Below, in pieces: positions 10,970-22,438 of a stretch of 35,743 nt of DNA. Source of the stretch: Octopus sinensis (Eukaryota); contig NW_021826269.1 of assembly GCF_006345805.1 (NCBI RefSeq), positions 1-35,743 on the forward strand, read 5' to 3'. A program made the position numbers and the translations under genes. Numbering within the stretch: position 1 is the stretch's first letter; every line of letters begins with the position of its first letter. The notes under the pieces were generated by a model, which saw only the letters and a list, made by a program, of their open reading frames with translations, did not search any database and had not been told where the DNA came from.

Positions 10970-12892
10970 CATTATTATTATTATTATGGTCGTCAGCCTG
11001 GCAAGCCCTGCTTGACCTCGCTCCGTAAATTTTATAAAGAATAATTACATGATTGTGTATTTGCACCCTTTAAGTTTATAACATCTTGGACAACAAGTTA
11101 TTTGCTGTTGACTGACGAGTTTATCCTCCTATTTTGTCCCAGCTTTGGGGGAACAGTCAGTTGTTTTTGTTTTCTTAAATCGAAATTGTGTACGTTTTCC
11201 CCACCAACATGGAGAAAACAGAAAACATGGTGACGTTCATATGTGAGAGAGAGAGGGAGAAAGTGAGGAGCGTCACCAAGCGCCGATGGCAGAGGATGCA
11301 TGCGTGCGAGGTGACTTCGGTCTGAGAGACAAAACAGACGATAGTCGTGTTTTTCTCAAGGAAACGAACAAGAGGGACAATGGAGCCAATGTTTTCAATG
11401 AAGATCACTCAGAGGGTCTTTTGAAAAGCAAAGGCTCTGTTTTTAGCAATATTATTCGAGGGCAAAACATTAGCTTCGAGAGTGTAAGCGGTGAAGGCCC
11501 TTCTTTGAGCGAGGCAACGGATGAGTAGGCAGTAAATAACAGCAACATCAGGAACAGCAACAACAACAACAACAACAACATCAGCAGCACCATCAACAAC
11601 CACAACAGCAACAATAGCAAAGATGACAACAGCAACAACAAAACCAACAACAGCAGCAACAAAAGCAACAACAACGACAAAGACAATGAAAGAGCTAAGA
11701 CGCAAACCGCTACAACGGCTTGGAACAGCCCCTCAACGCTTTCTTTCGCTGTAGTAGCCAAGGCACCTCTTCAGGGAATACAATTATCATCAGAAGAACT
11801 GAAATATGCTAGACTGCTAATCGAGAGAGATGAATGGACTAGCTGTAAAGTTGAATACACCACCTGAGACAATCCAAGCTACGATACGTCGCACAGTGAC
11901 GTACCGTACAATCGGGTTAAGATCAAGGAGGGTGAAAAGAGCTACAGAGGCTCAAATACAACAAGCTTTAGGTTCTGTCTGGAATCTAATGGACTATATA
12001 CAGAGAGGAAAGGCTTATAGAATGGTGGACGTTCGATTCTTTACCAAGAAAGAAGCCAAACATCACTCTCTGAATCCCCTCAAAAGCGAGGAGCTGTTGC
12101 TAGTTCCTTACTACTGCGGTCAGAGACTGGCCAAAATTATAATCCAGCAGGTGCCGCCAGAAATAGCCATTCCTTCGCTAAATGCGGCAGTGATGATAGA
12201 CATTGAGGAAAACTCGAAAATCCTCGAAGCCTATCAGACCAAAATGGAAAATTAGTCTGGAATGACAGTAAAACTCCTCATTCAAACAGCATAAAAGAAT
12301 GTGGATCTCATCCTAGACCAGATCCTTTTTCCTAGAGGCAGCATAATTCCTGTCAGGGTTGATTGAAAGAAAACCAAAGTGCTACTTTTGCATTTCACCT
12401 AAATACTTAAAAATCGACAGCCCCAAGCTAAACGGAGAAGATAGACGGGCACCTTCCCTCTCTACACCAACAACGGCCACCAGAACTCTAGCGACAACAG
12501 CAGCAGCACCATCACCATCAGCAGATTCAGCCAGAGTACCACTAACACCAACGATCATAACGGTACCGAGTTCACACAAACACTTCACAGCGCCCGAAGA
12601 TGTTTCACTCCTCGATGCAGAGCGGGGTGGACAGCACAGCCGGAGAGACGGAGCACGATGAAGACTGGCAGTTAAGAACAAAAACAAAAAAAAAAACAAC
12701 AACAACAACAATCTTCATCCAAACAAGAAGGGAAAAAAATCAAAACAATAAAAACAAACACGCCCAAAATAAACACTGCATCGACACCACCACCCCTAAC
12801 ACTTGAACACTAGCCATTCCACACACGCATCAGAAACAACAACAAACACAACCACCACCATCACTACAACAACAACAAGTACAGCAACAACA

Positions 12893-13238
12893 GTGGAGGC
12901 GCAATGGCCCAGTGGTTAGGGCAGCGGACTTGCGGTCGGAGGATCGCGGTTTCGATTCCCAGACCGGGCGTTGTGAGTGTTTATTGAGCGACAACACCTA
13001 AACCCTGCTGTACTCTTTCACCACAACTTTCTCTCGCTCTTTCTTCCTGTTTCTCTTGTACCTGTATTTCAAAGGGCCAGCCTTGTCACAATCTGTGTCA
13101 TGCTGAATCTCCTCGAGAACTACGTTAAGGGTACACGTGCCTATGGAGTGCTCGGCCACTTGCACGTTAATATCACGAGCAAGCTGTTCCGTTGATCGTA
13201 TCAGCTGGGACCCTCATCGTCGCAACCGACGGAGTGCT
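12893..13238 (+). mobile_element. SINE family A head with family D tail, nested in LINE ORF1
   Basis: Tail gtacctgtatttcaaagggccagccttgtcaca...gtcgcaaccgacggagtgc matches 6157-6340 (reverse complement) and 21945-22110. Confidence 0.8.
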
Positions 13239-13243
13239 TCTAC

Positions 13244-13582
13244 TAGGGCAGCGGACTTGCAGTCGGTGGATCGCGGTATCGATTCCCAGACTGGGCGTTG
13301 TGTGTGTTTATTGAGCGAAAACACCTAAAGCTCCACGAGTCTCCGGCAGGGTGGGGGCGACCCCTGTTGTACTCTTTCGCCCCAACTTTCTCTCGCTCTT
13401 TCTTCCTGTTTCTTGTCCCCGACGTCCTACGCAACCGCTGGGCCTGGATGCGCATCCATCCGTCGACGCTCTCGGTGTCAGGGGTTAGCCTGCTTTCTCT
13501 TCTGCGAATCTTACGAATAGCAAAGGACCACATTTCGGACTTCTCCCATCTTGCGAGCTCTGGGACAAAGACCGTTCGCTAA
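13244..13582 (+). mobile_element. SINE family A (5'-clipped), tail type 3, in tandem with the previous copy
   Basis: tagggcagcggacttgc...gagcgaaaacacctaaagctccacgag followed by a unique tail gtccccgacgtcctacgcaaccgc. Confidence 0.75.
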
Positions 13583-14459
13583 ACAGCAGCAATAACAACA
13601 CTAAATACAAAATAAAGACAGTAACATTACGAACTACATGGCAATAAATTCAAACAACGATGAATTAATGGAATATATATAATAACACGCACAAACATTA
13701 CACCAAAAGATTGCCACACCCACATTCGTCCTACCTGCACACATACAAATCATTCAAAAAACACGAAACATATACACACACTTAAAAACTCATTTCTCAC
13801 AGGAAATCGGAGATCTGGTGATTTGTCAACGGGAGGGACGGGCAATCCGCCCCTCCAAACAAAACCAAGTAAGTTTTGCCCTTTTCTTCTTTTCTCTTTT
13901 TCCAGCAACATGTTCGTGTACAAAATCGGCAGCGTGAATGTATGTGGCCTGGGGTCGCCTTGGAAGCGGGGTCACCTGCTCAACGACCTCAGGGAAAGGG
14001 ACTGAAAACAAACACTTTTCCCTTTGGCCAATCCCTGATGAACTTCTTCAAGATTAGGTTGAAAAGGAAAATAAGGGTAGAGAATGAAGTGTGTCTCCTA
14101 GCCTCTTTGTTGAAAGGGGGGGCGAAAATGGCGAGAATGGTGCGAGTGAACGGACCTGCCCTGAGCATACGCCTGTAGTTGGAAAGAGGAAAAGAAACGA
14201 AAAAAAAAAAAAGAAAAGGCACCTGCCCCAATAGTCAGGGTACCCATGGTTTTTATGGGGTTTTTCCTTGAGCAGCCCTCCTCCCTATTGAGGATTACAC
14301 ATTGTTGATCTCCCATTTAAAATTTTTTAAAATTATATTAGTTTTGTCTACCCGCAAAACCCTCACTTCTACATACACTCACACACATACACATTATTTT
14401 TGGTTCGTCCTGTAAACACTTGTAGTTAATAAAGAAATCATCATTATTATTATTATTAT

Positions 14460-14501
<42 letters not shown>

Positions 14502-14800
14502 CAGCAGCAGCAGCAGCAGTAGCAGCAGCTGCAGCAGTAGATTGGCGGGTGACATATAGGGAGCGTATCGCACAAAATGTGTCGCCGTACTTAGGTAAGG
14601 TGTTTTGGTGCGTTCTGAGTAAGTAATGCTATGGTGTGTCACGCGTAAATTCCGATTTAACATTTTCTAGGATTGATGACACAACCGTGCAGTAATATAC
14701 AGGGATATGATATGAACCATCAGATACATCCTTCTTGTAAAATACGTGACTAGCACCGATTTGAGAGGTCATTTCATAGACACACAGATAGATAGTCAGT

Positions 14801-14842
<42 letters not shown>

Positions 14843-14873
14843 TAGATAGATAGATATAGATAGATAGATAGAT

Positions 14874-15029
14874 GAGTAGCTGTGTGGTAAGTAGCTTGCT
14901 TCCCAACCACATGGTTCCGGGTTCGGTCCCACTGCATGGCACCTTGGGCAAGTGTTTCCTACTATAGCTTCGGGCCGACCAAAGCCTTGTGAGTGGATTT
15001 AGTAGACGGAAACTGAAAGAAGCCCGTCG

Positions 15030-15060
<31 letters not shown>

Positions 15061-15268
15061 TTGTGTGTCTGTGTTTGTCCACCCCAACATCGATTGATAA
15101 CCGATGCTGTTGTGTTTATGTCCCCGTAACTTAGCGGTTCGGCAAAAGTGATCGATAGAATAAGTACTAGGCTTACAAAGAATAAGTCCTGGGGTCGATT
15201 TGCTCGACTAAAGGTGGTGCTCCAGTATAGCCACAGTCAAATGACTGAAACAAGTAAAAGAGTAAAAG
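14874..15268 (+). mobile_element. SINE family B, full length
   Basis: tRNA-like head (ggttcggtccc), gcaccttgggcaag, short internal (TA)n, conserved tail. Confidence 0.85.
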
Positions 15269-15297
15269 TGTAAAGACATATATATATATATATATAT

Positions 15298-15335
<38 letters not shown>

Positions 15336-15390
15336 GTAGATAGGTAGGTAGGTAGGAAGGTAAATTCATACATACACAGGCGCAAGCTTC

Positions 15391-15850
15391 GCTGTGTGGT
15401 AAGAAGCTGCTTCTCAACCACATGGTTCTGGGTTCAGTCCCACTGCGTGGCACCTTGGGCAAGTGTCTTCTACCCAACAAACGACTAAAGTCTTGTGAGC
15501 GGATTTGGTAGACGGAAACTGAAAGAAGCCCGTCATATATGTGTGTGTATGTCTGTATGAGCTCGCGCGTGGCGGCGTGCGTGCGTATGTGTGTGTATGT
15601 GTGTATGTGTATGTGTTTGTACGTATGTGTATCCATGTGTGTGTCTTTGTGTTTGTGTTTTTGTCTCTGGATCACCACTTGACAACTGGTGTTGATGTGT
15701 TTGTCGCCCTGTAGCGGTTCGGCGAAAGCGAACGATAGAAAACGTACCAGACTAAAAAAAAATAAGTCCAGGGTTTGAATTGTTCGAATAAAACCCTTCA
15801 AGGCGGTGCTCCAGCATGGCCGCAGTCAAATGACTGAAGCAATTAAAAGA
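15391..15850 (+). mobile_element. SINE family B, full length, internal (TG)-rich tract
   Basis: Same head and tail as 14874-15268. Confidence 0.8.
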
Positions 15851-15892
15851 ATATATACATAGGTATTTATGTATATGGGTGGATATGTAGGG

Positions 15893-15965
<73 letters not shown>

Positions 15966-15966
15966 T

Positions 15967-17380
15967 GTTTCTTTATTGGCCACACATGGTTGAACACAGG
16001 GGACAAAATACAAAGCAGAGCTATTCTTTGGGGAGGAAAAAGGGGGAGGGTAGCATTTCGACAAAAGGGATCGTGGAGAAAAAAAGTGCCAATCAATATC
16101 ACAGAAACATCATTATGTAAAAATGGGAAACAGATTTAGTTTATCCGTGGGAAGAAAAGCCTACAGAAAAGACCACGGTAACCTTGAGCAATAATGTCAT
16201 GCAAAAAAAAAATCTCTTTTTTCTTTTCTTTTTTTGGTTTATAGGATGATGCTCAAGTTGGCTCCGTCATTCACACGTGCCATCCTTGCTACATTCACCC
16301 ATCTTTTTTTGAAACATTCACTAGACAAAATTTCTCTTCTCTCACCTTCCTCTTCAAGTAATACTTGAAGAAGTTTAGGAGAGATTGACCAGAGAGGAAA
16401 GTGTTTGTCTCTAGACCTTTCAGACCCGTCCACCATACACATTCTTTCGTCATAGCTACAAATAAGATAAAAATCGCTGTTCCTTCCCGTTTCAAGAAGG
16501 AGGCGCGACAAATTCATGATTGACTCGGTTGATAAACCGACTCTTCCAAACTCGATAGCAGTCATTCGACATAGACCCACAGGTCGGAAATGGTTGGACA
16601 CTGCACGAGTGTGTGCAGAACGGTTTCGTCACTCTGACCGCATCTCGGGCAGGTCGGCCCCCTGTTTCTCGAGCCATGCCTGTAGAGCTTATCCCGAACA
16701 GGTAGCGCTTCTCAATAGCACTGCCAGACCAGGGATCTCTGGAAGTTGTCCATAGGTCCCGGCCCGAAAGTCGTCTCAAACAGGCGGGTCAGGTATTCCT
16801 CCTCGACACCCAGGTTCATCCCAAGATCGTTGTCGTACCTCTCCTCCACTAATACCCTATAGAATGCTTTGGTTGTGTTGAACTCGTTCAAGGTTGACCC
16901 GGGGCGGCATAGTTGCTCGAGAGCAACGCGATACTCGCGGTGCTATCGCCCTCCCTCGGCCTCTTTTTCATCCACGACTGCAGTTCGGGCATGGAGACGA
17001 GCTGCGGCAAAGAGCGCCTCACAAACGGTGACTATACCTGTTCATCGTAGAGCCGGAGATGTTGCAGTCTCAGTGCGTGTCTGCGCATCATCAACCACGG
17101 CATGCCCAGCCCTCCTTTTCACGGGTGTTGGCAGCAAACGGATCGCCTGACCATCGGAACGCATCCTTACCAAAGAAGCGGAAAAGTATGTGTTCTAGTT
17201 TGGTGATAGTAGGGTCGGGACAAGGCACGACGTCAGGCGATAGTTGATGACGAACGCCCGTTTGCGCCTTGTCAACCAGTTTCTCGATGATAAGCGCCAA
17301 CCTTTTGGCTAACACCTTGGACAAAATTTTCTACATAGAGCAGAGTGATGGGCTTAAAGTTATCTATTACGTCCCACTGA
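15967..17380 (-). mobile_element. L1/Tx1-like LINE, 5'-truncated ORF2 pseudogene lacking the RT core
   Basis: Frameshifted translation: DNFKPITLL..SKVLAKRLALIIEKLVDKAQTG (RT start), then thumb region (KLEHILFRF, GGLGMPWLMMRRHALRLQHL), CCHC knuckle CPRCGQSDETVLHTLVQC (16595-16651), stop at 16239, 3' UTR ending tgtggccaataaagaaac; flanked by (GATA)n. Confidence 0.85.
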
Positions 17381-17400
17381 TGAAAGATAGATAGATAGAT

Positions 17401-17461
<61 letters not shown>

Positions 17462-17621
17462 CAGATGGATAGACAGATAGATAGACTGAATGATGAGTAT
17501 AGATATGTGTAAATATATATTATATATATGGCGGTGGGTATGCCTGGGTGTACATACACGAACTCACATATATGCAAGCATATATGTACGTCTGTACATA
17601 CATATATGTGCGTGTGTGTGC

Positions 17622-17664
<43 letters not shown>

Positions 17665-17666
<2 letters not shown>

Positions 17667-17829
17667 CGCAGGAGTGGCTTTGTGGTAAGAAGCTTGCTTC
17701 CCAACCACATGCTTCCGGGTTCAGTCCCACTGCGTAGCATCTTGGGCAAGTGACTTCTACTATATCTTCGGAACAACCAAAGCCATGTGAGTGGATTTGG
17801 TAGACGGAAACTGAAATAAATCTGTCGTA
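17665..17829 (+). mobile_element. SINE family B, 5' half
   Basis: ggcgcaggagtggctttgtggtaagaagcttgcttcccaaccacatg...ggtagacggaaactgaaa then a microsatellite. Confidence 0.8.
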
Positions 17830-17859
17830 TAGATAGATAGATAGATATATGTATATGTG

Positions 17860-17921
<62 letters not shown>

Positions 17922-18135
17922 CTGTTGTATCTGGGGAGAGTCATTCTCTTTTAGTACCTTATTATTTAACACACTCAGCGGTAAAATTTCCACTTTTTTT
18001 CTTATTTTTATTTTCCTAAAATTTTCGTTGCGTCTTGCAACCTTTTCAATAGTCTTGACTCTCCCCAGACACAACAGAATATGCTTCAACACACGAACTC
18101 ATATAAAGAATCTTGCAAACCAAATCCAAAAACGA
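17922..18135 (-). mobile_element. Possible Penelope-like terminal fragment with a 22-bp inverted repeat and a hammerhead-like motif
   Basis: ctgttgtatctggggagagtca (17922-17943) vs tgactctccccagacacaacag (18056-18077), one mismatch; reverse complement of 18016-18052 is cta-ttgaaaag-gttgc-aagac-gcaac-gaaa-attt-tag. Confidence 0.4.
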
Positions 18136-18147
18136 AATATATATATA

Positions 18148-18230
<83 letters not shown>

Positions 18231-18233
<3 letters not shown>

Positions 18234-18440
18234 CTTTATTGCCCACAAGGAGCTAAACGTAGAGGGGACAAACAAGAACAGATAAAGAGATTAAGTCGAT
18301 TACATCGACCCCAGTGCGTAACTGGTACTTTATTTATTGATCCCGAAAGTATGAAAGTCGACCTTGACATAATTTAAACTCAGAACGTAACGGCAGACGA
18401 AATACCGCTAAGCATTTCGCCCAGCGCGCTAACGTTTCTA
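18231..18440 (-). mobile_element. SINE family C
   Basis: Reverse complement is homologous to 293-520. Confidence 0.8.
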
Positions 18441-18502
18441 CTATACATACATACATACATACATACATACATACATACATACATACATACATACATACAT
18501 AC

Positions 18503-18720
18503 GTGGAGGCGCAATGGCCTAGTGGTTAGGGCAGCGGACTCGCGGTCGCAGGATCGCGGTTTCGATTCTCAGACCGGGCGTTGTGTGTGTTTATTGAGCG
18601 AAAAAACACCTAAAAGCTCTACGAGGCTCCGGCAGGGGGTGGTGATCCCTGCTGTACTCTTTCACCACAATGGCGGTGCCCCAGCATGGCCACAGCTCAA
18701 GAGCTGAAACTGGAAAAACA
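18503..18720 (+). mobile_element. SINE family A head fused to a family B-like terminal segment
   Basis: A head to ...ttcaccacaa, then ggcggtgccccagcatggccacagctc...ctgaaac. Confidence 0.75.
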
Positions 18721-18777
18721 AAAAACAACAAAAAATACATAGACACACATACACACACATAAATACACACACACACG

Positions 18778-18810
<33 letters not shown>

Positions 18811-18903
18811 TCCACACACAAATATATACATACATATTATACATGTAGGTATGTTTGTATATATGTTTGTATGCATGCATGTGTGTACACACAGAGCCAG
18901 ACA

Positions 18904-19470
18904 GAATACTGATATTATATTATCATTTCTGTACCCAGACTTTCCATTGTTTCTCAAAAATCTTCCAAATGACAAAGGGTTTGGAATCTGGGATTATTGT
19001 TTGTGAGACTCTGAGAGTATTTTGTAAGACAGAAAAATGGTGCTGGCACAATTCTCAGAAAATGCCTGCCAGGAGTCTGGGCGAGAACATTTGTACTCTG
19101 ACTCACAACAGACATTCAGATAGACAAACAGACAGATAGACAGATATGTGTACAGATAACGTCCTAAAGTTTCAGTGAGACTGTGAGAGAACTGTGATGA
19201 GGCGACGAATAAATGTTAGGCTTACGTCATATGTTGACACAAATTCACCTCATACCTCCAAAACATATGCATATACATAAATATATGTATACACATGCAC
19301 ACAAAATACACACACACACACACACACACCTATATCTATGTATTATGTATGTATGTATATGTATACATACATATATAAGCATAATTAAATATAGGTCATC
19401 CTGCCTGGAAAACTTTTGTTATGTCGCGTATTAACATATTTCAATGATAACACTTCCATTACAAAACACA
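18904..19470 (+). repeat. Dispersed or duplicated block, copy 2
   Basis: See 7734-8410. Confidence 0.8.
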
Positions 19471-19491
19471 CACACACACACACACACACAT

Positions 19492-19536
<45 letters not shown>

Positions 19537-20142
19537 TGCACACATACCACACACATACGCACTCATATACATGTAAAGATATTTGTGTGTGTGAGTGTGT
19601 GTGTGTGTACGATTTGTAAACATCTACTCATTAAAATGGAAAAATTATCAGAAAAAAAAAATTCCTTTTCTTTATTTCATTCATATATATTGTGTATATA
19701 ATATATAGATTATATAGATATATATATATATATTATATATATATATATATATATAATATTATATATATGTAGTATGTATGTATGTATGTATGTTATGTAT
19801 GTAATGTATGTATGTATGTATGTGTATATATACTATATGTATATATATATATATTATATATATATGCATGTATTTATACATATATATATATACATACATA
19901 CTATATACACAGATACACACACACACACATATACACACACATACAATAACACACGCACACACACATATATAGGGAGAATTTCCAAAAAACAAAAGACAGG
20001 TGGTGTAGACAACAAAAAAAAATGCATTAGTTTAATGCTCGGGAAGTGAAAAAGTCTTTAACGTTTCGAGCCTACATTCTTCCACAAAAAGGAACACAAA
20101 GAACAAGGAGAAAAAATATAAATACAAAATGTGTATGTATAT

Positions 20143-20210
<68 letters not shown>

Positions 20211-20224
20211 GTGTGTGTTGTGTG

Positions 20225-20259
<35 letters not shown>

Positions 20260-20283
20260 GTATGTTATGTATGTATGTATGTA

Positions 20284-21529
20284 TCAGGTCATCCCATAAG
20301 TTCTGTCCGAGTTTACCATTTTTAAAATTTTATGAAATTTAATAGTATTTTAGAATGTCTAATGGAATTAAAAATTATTTTTATGCATTTGTGTACATTT
20401 AAGCTAATTAAATATTATTTTACAGAATAATAGAATTAAAATTGCTATGATTAAAACCCTTTCTAACATGGAAGTATCCAAAGAACATTTGAGGCACATA
20501 ATGCTTTATGAGTACAAAAAATAAACTCTGCAGCCGAAGCGACTCGAAACATACACTCAGTTTATGGGAAAGAATGCTTGAATGAAAGAACTTGCAGAAG
20601 ATGGTTTGCAAAATTCAGAAGTGGAGATTTCAGCCTTGAAGATGAAGATCGAATATGACGTCCAGTTGAGTTTGATGTTAAGATCCTTGACTCATTACTT
20701 GAAGAAACTCCTGCATTATCAGTTGAAGAATTGGCAATAAAGCTTAGTTAAAAACATACAGCTGTTCCTCGTCATGTTCAACAACTTGGAAAGGTTCCTA
20801 AACTTGGAAAATAGATGCTTCATGAATTGTCCGAAAGCAATCACAAATCCTGCGTTGACATATGCTCTTCTCTCCATTCTCGCGAACTCATTTCACACTT
20901 TTTGGATCGGCTTGTGACTGGTGACGAAAAATGGATCTTCTATTGAAATGTTAAACGTCATAAACAGTGGCTTGGTAAAAGGGAAAAAAGCTCAACCACA
21001 ACCGAGAAGGGAATTTCATGGGAAAAAGGTTCTTCTCTCTATCTGGTGGGATTGCAAAGGAGTAATTCACTTTAAATTGTTACCACCTATTGCAACAATC
21101 AATGCTCAAGTCTATTGTCAGCAATTAGAGCGTTTGAATCAAGCTTTGCATAAAAAAAGACCCGCTTTAGTGAATCGAAATGGAGTGCTGTTTCATCAGG
21201 ACCCTAATCCCTAACTGCAAAGATCACATGCACCTTATTCTCCCGACCTTGCTCCTTCAGGATACCATTTGTTTCGTTGTTTATAGAATCATTTGGGGGA
21301 CATAACTTTCGCAAGCCATGGGGAGGTCGAAACTGACATTTCAGAGTTCTTCGCTTTGAAACCAAAAGAGTTTTACATTGATTGGATTAAAAAAAGCTTG
21401 TAAATAGATGGAAGGAAGTCGTAGATAATCAGGGAAAGTACATTGATGGTTAAAATTTCAATTAAATATAACATTTGACCACTTCTTATCTTTATTCAAA
21501 ATTCGGACAGAACTTAAGGTATGATCTGA
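20284..21529 (+). mobile_element. Mariner (Tc1/mariner, DD34D-type) DNA transposon with both TIRs, defective
   Basis: TIRs tcaggtcatcccataagttctgtccgagttt / aaattcggacagaacttaaggtatgatctga (4 mismatches); TA at 20282-20283 and 21530-21531; 1246 bp. Confidence 0.95.
20468..21453 (+). pseudogene. Mariner transposase pseudogene
   Basis: MEVSKEHLRHIMLYEY; VTGDEKWIFY; HGKKVLLSIWWD; GVLFHQD; HAPYSPDLAPSGYHLF (third catalytic D changed to G); internal stops, frameshifts and a deletion before YSPDL. Confidence 0.93.
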
Positions 21530-21542
21530 TATATATATATTT

Positions 21543-21752
21543 GTGTCTGTGTTTGTCCCCCCACCATCGCTTAACAATCGATGTTGGTTTGTTTATGTCC
21601 TCCCGTATCCTAGTGGCTCGGCAAAAGAGACCGATAGAATAAGTACTAGGCTTACAAAAAATAAGTCCCGGGGTCGATTCGGTCGACTAAAGGCGGTGCT
21701 CCGGCATGGTCGCAGTCAAATGACTGAAACAAGTAAAAGAGTAAAAGAGAGA
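21543..21752 (+). mobile_element. SINE family B, 3' half
   Basis: Shared B tail. Confidence 0.8.
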
Positions 21753-21800
21753 TGAAACTTTGGTGCATCACCAGTCATTTTTCAGCTTACCGATAAGACA

Positions 21801-22112
21801 GTGAAAGCGCGTGACTCAGTGGTTAGGCTATCCGGCTCACGATTGTAAGGTCGTGTGTTCGATTCCCGGCGGTACGGTGTGTCCTTGAGCTTGGCACTTA
21901 TTTTCACCTTGCTCCAGTCCAATCAGTTATTCGAAAACGAATAGTACCTATATTTCGAAAGGCCGGTCTTGGCAAACTTTGTCTCACTCAGAACTACGTT
22001 TGTGGCATGTTTGTCTGTGGAGTGCTCAGCCACTTGCAAGTTAATTTCACAAGCGGGCTGTTCCGTTGATCCGGATCAACTGGAGCTTTCCTCCTCATAT
22101 CCGACGAATTGC
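21801..22112 (+). mobile_element. SINE family D
   Basis: gtgaaagcgcgtgactcagtggttagg...gttcgattccc; homologous to the reverse complement of 6149-6479. Confidence 0.75.
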
Positions 22113-22149
22113 TAGTTTTAACGGTTTTCTTAATGATAACACAATGTTC

Positions 22150-22380
22150 TTTTATTCTTTTATCCTTTTACTTGTTTCAGTCATTTGGCTGCGGCCTTGC
22201 TAGAGCACCGCCTTTAGTCGAGTAAATTCGACACCAGGACTTATTCTTTGTAAGCCTAGTACTTATTCTATCGGGCTCTTTTGCCGAACCGCTAAGTTAC
22301 GGAGACGTAAACACACCAGTATCGGTTATCAAGCAACAGTGAGGGGGGGGGCAAACACAGACACACAAACATATACACAC

Positions 22381-22438
<58 letters not shown>

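Larger units (their letters stand above)
10990..14445 (+). mobile_element. L1/Tx1-like non-LTR retrotransposon: decayed ORF1 plus internally deleted ORF2
   Basis: ORF1 remnant from 11286 (N-rich linker, SFAVVAK motif, decayed knuckle CYFCISPKYLKIDS); ORF2 ATG at 13910 gives an APE endonuclease start (IGSVNVCGLGSPWKRGHLL) joined directly to the ORF2 C-terminus (GLKTNTF..GQSLMNFFK..LKRK..MARMVRVNG..LSIRL*, stop 14178); aataaa then (ATT)n at ~14430. The 5' boundary is approximate. Confidence 0.75.

Noticed and set aside
20045-20095. Hammerhead-like ctcgaaacgt motif on the minus strand
   Set aside because: Core and stem II too degenerate (tggaagaatgtaggctc) to support alone.
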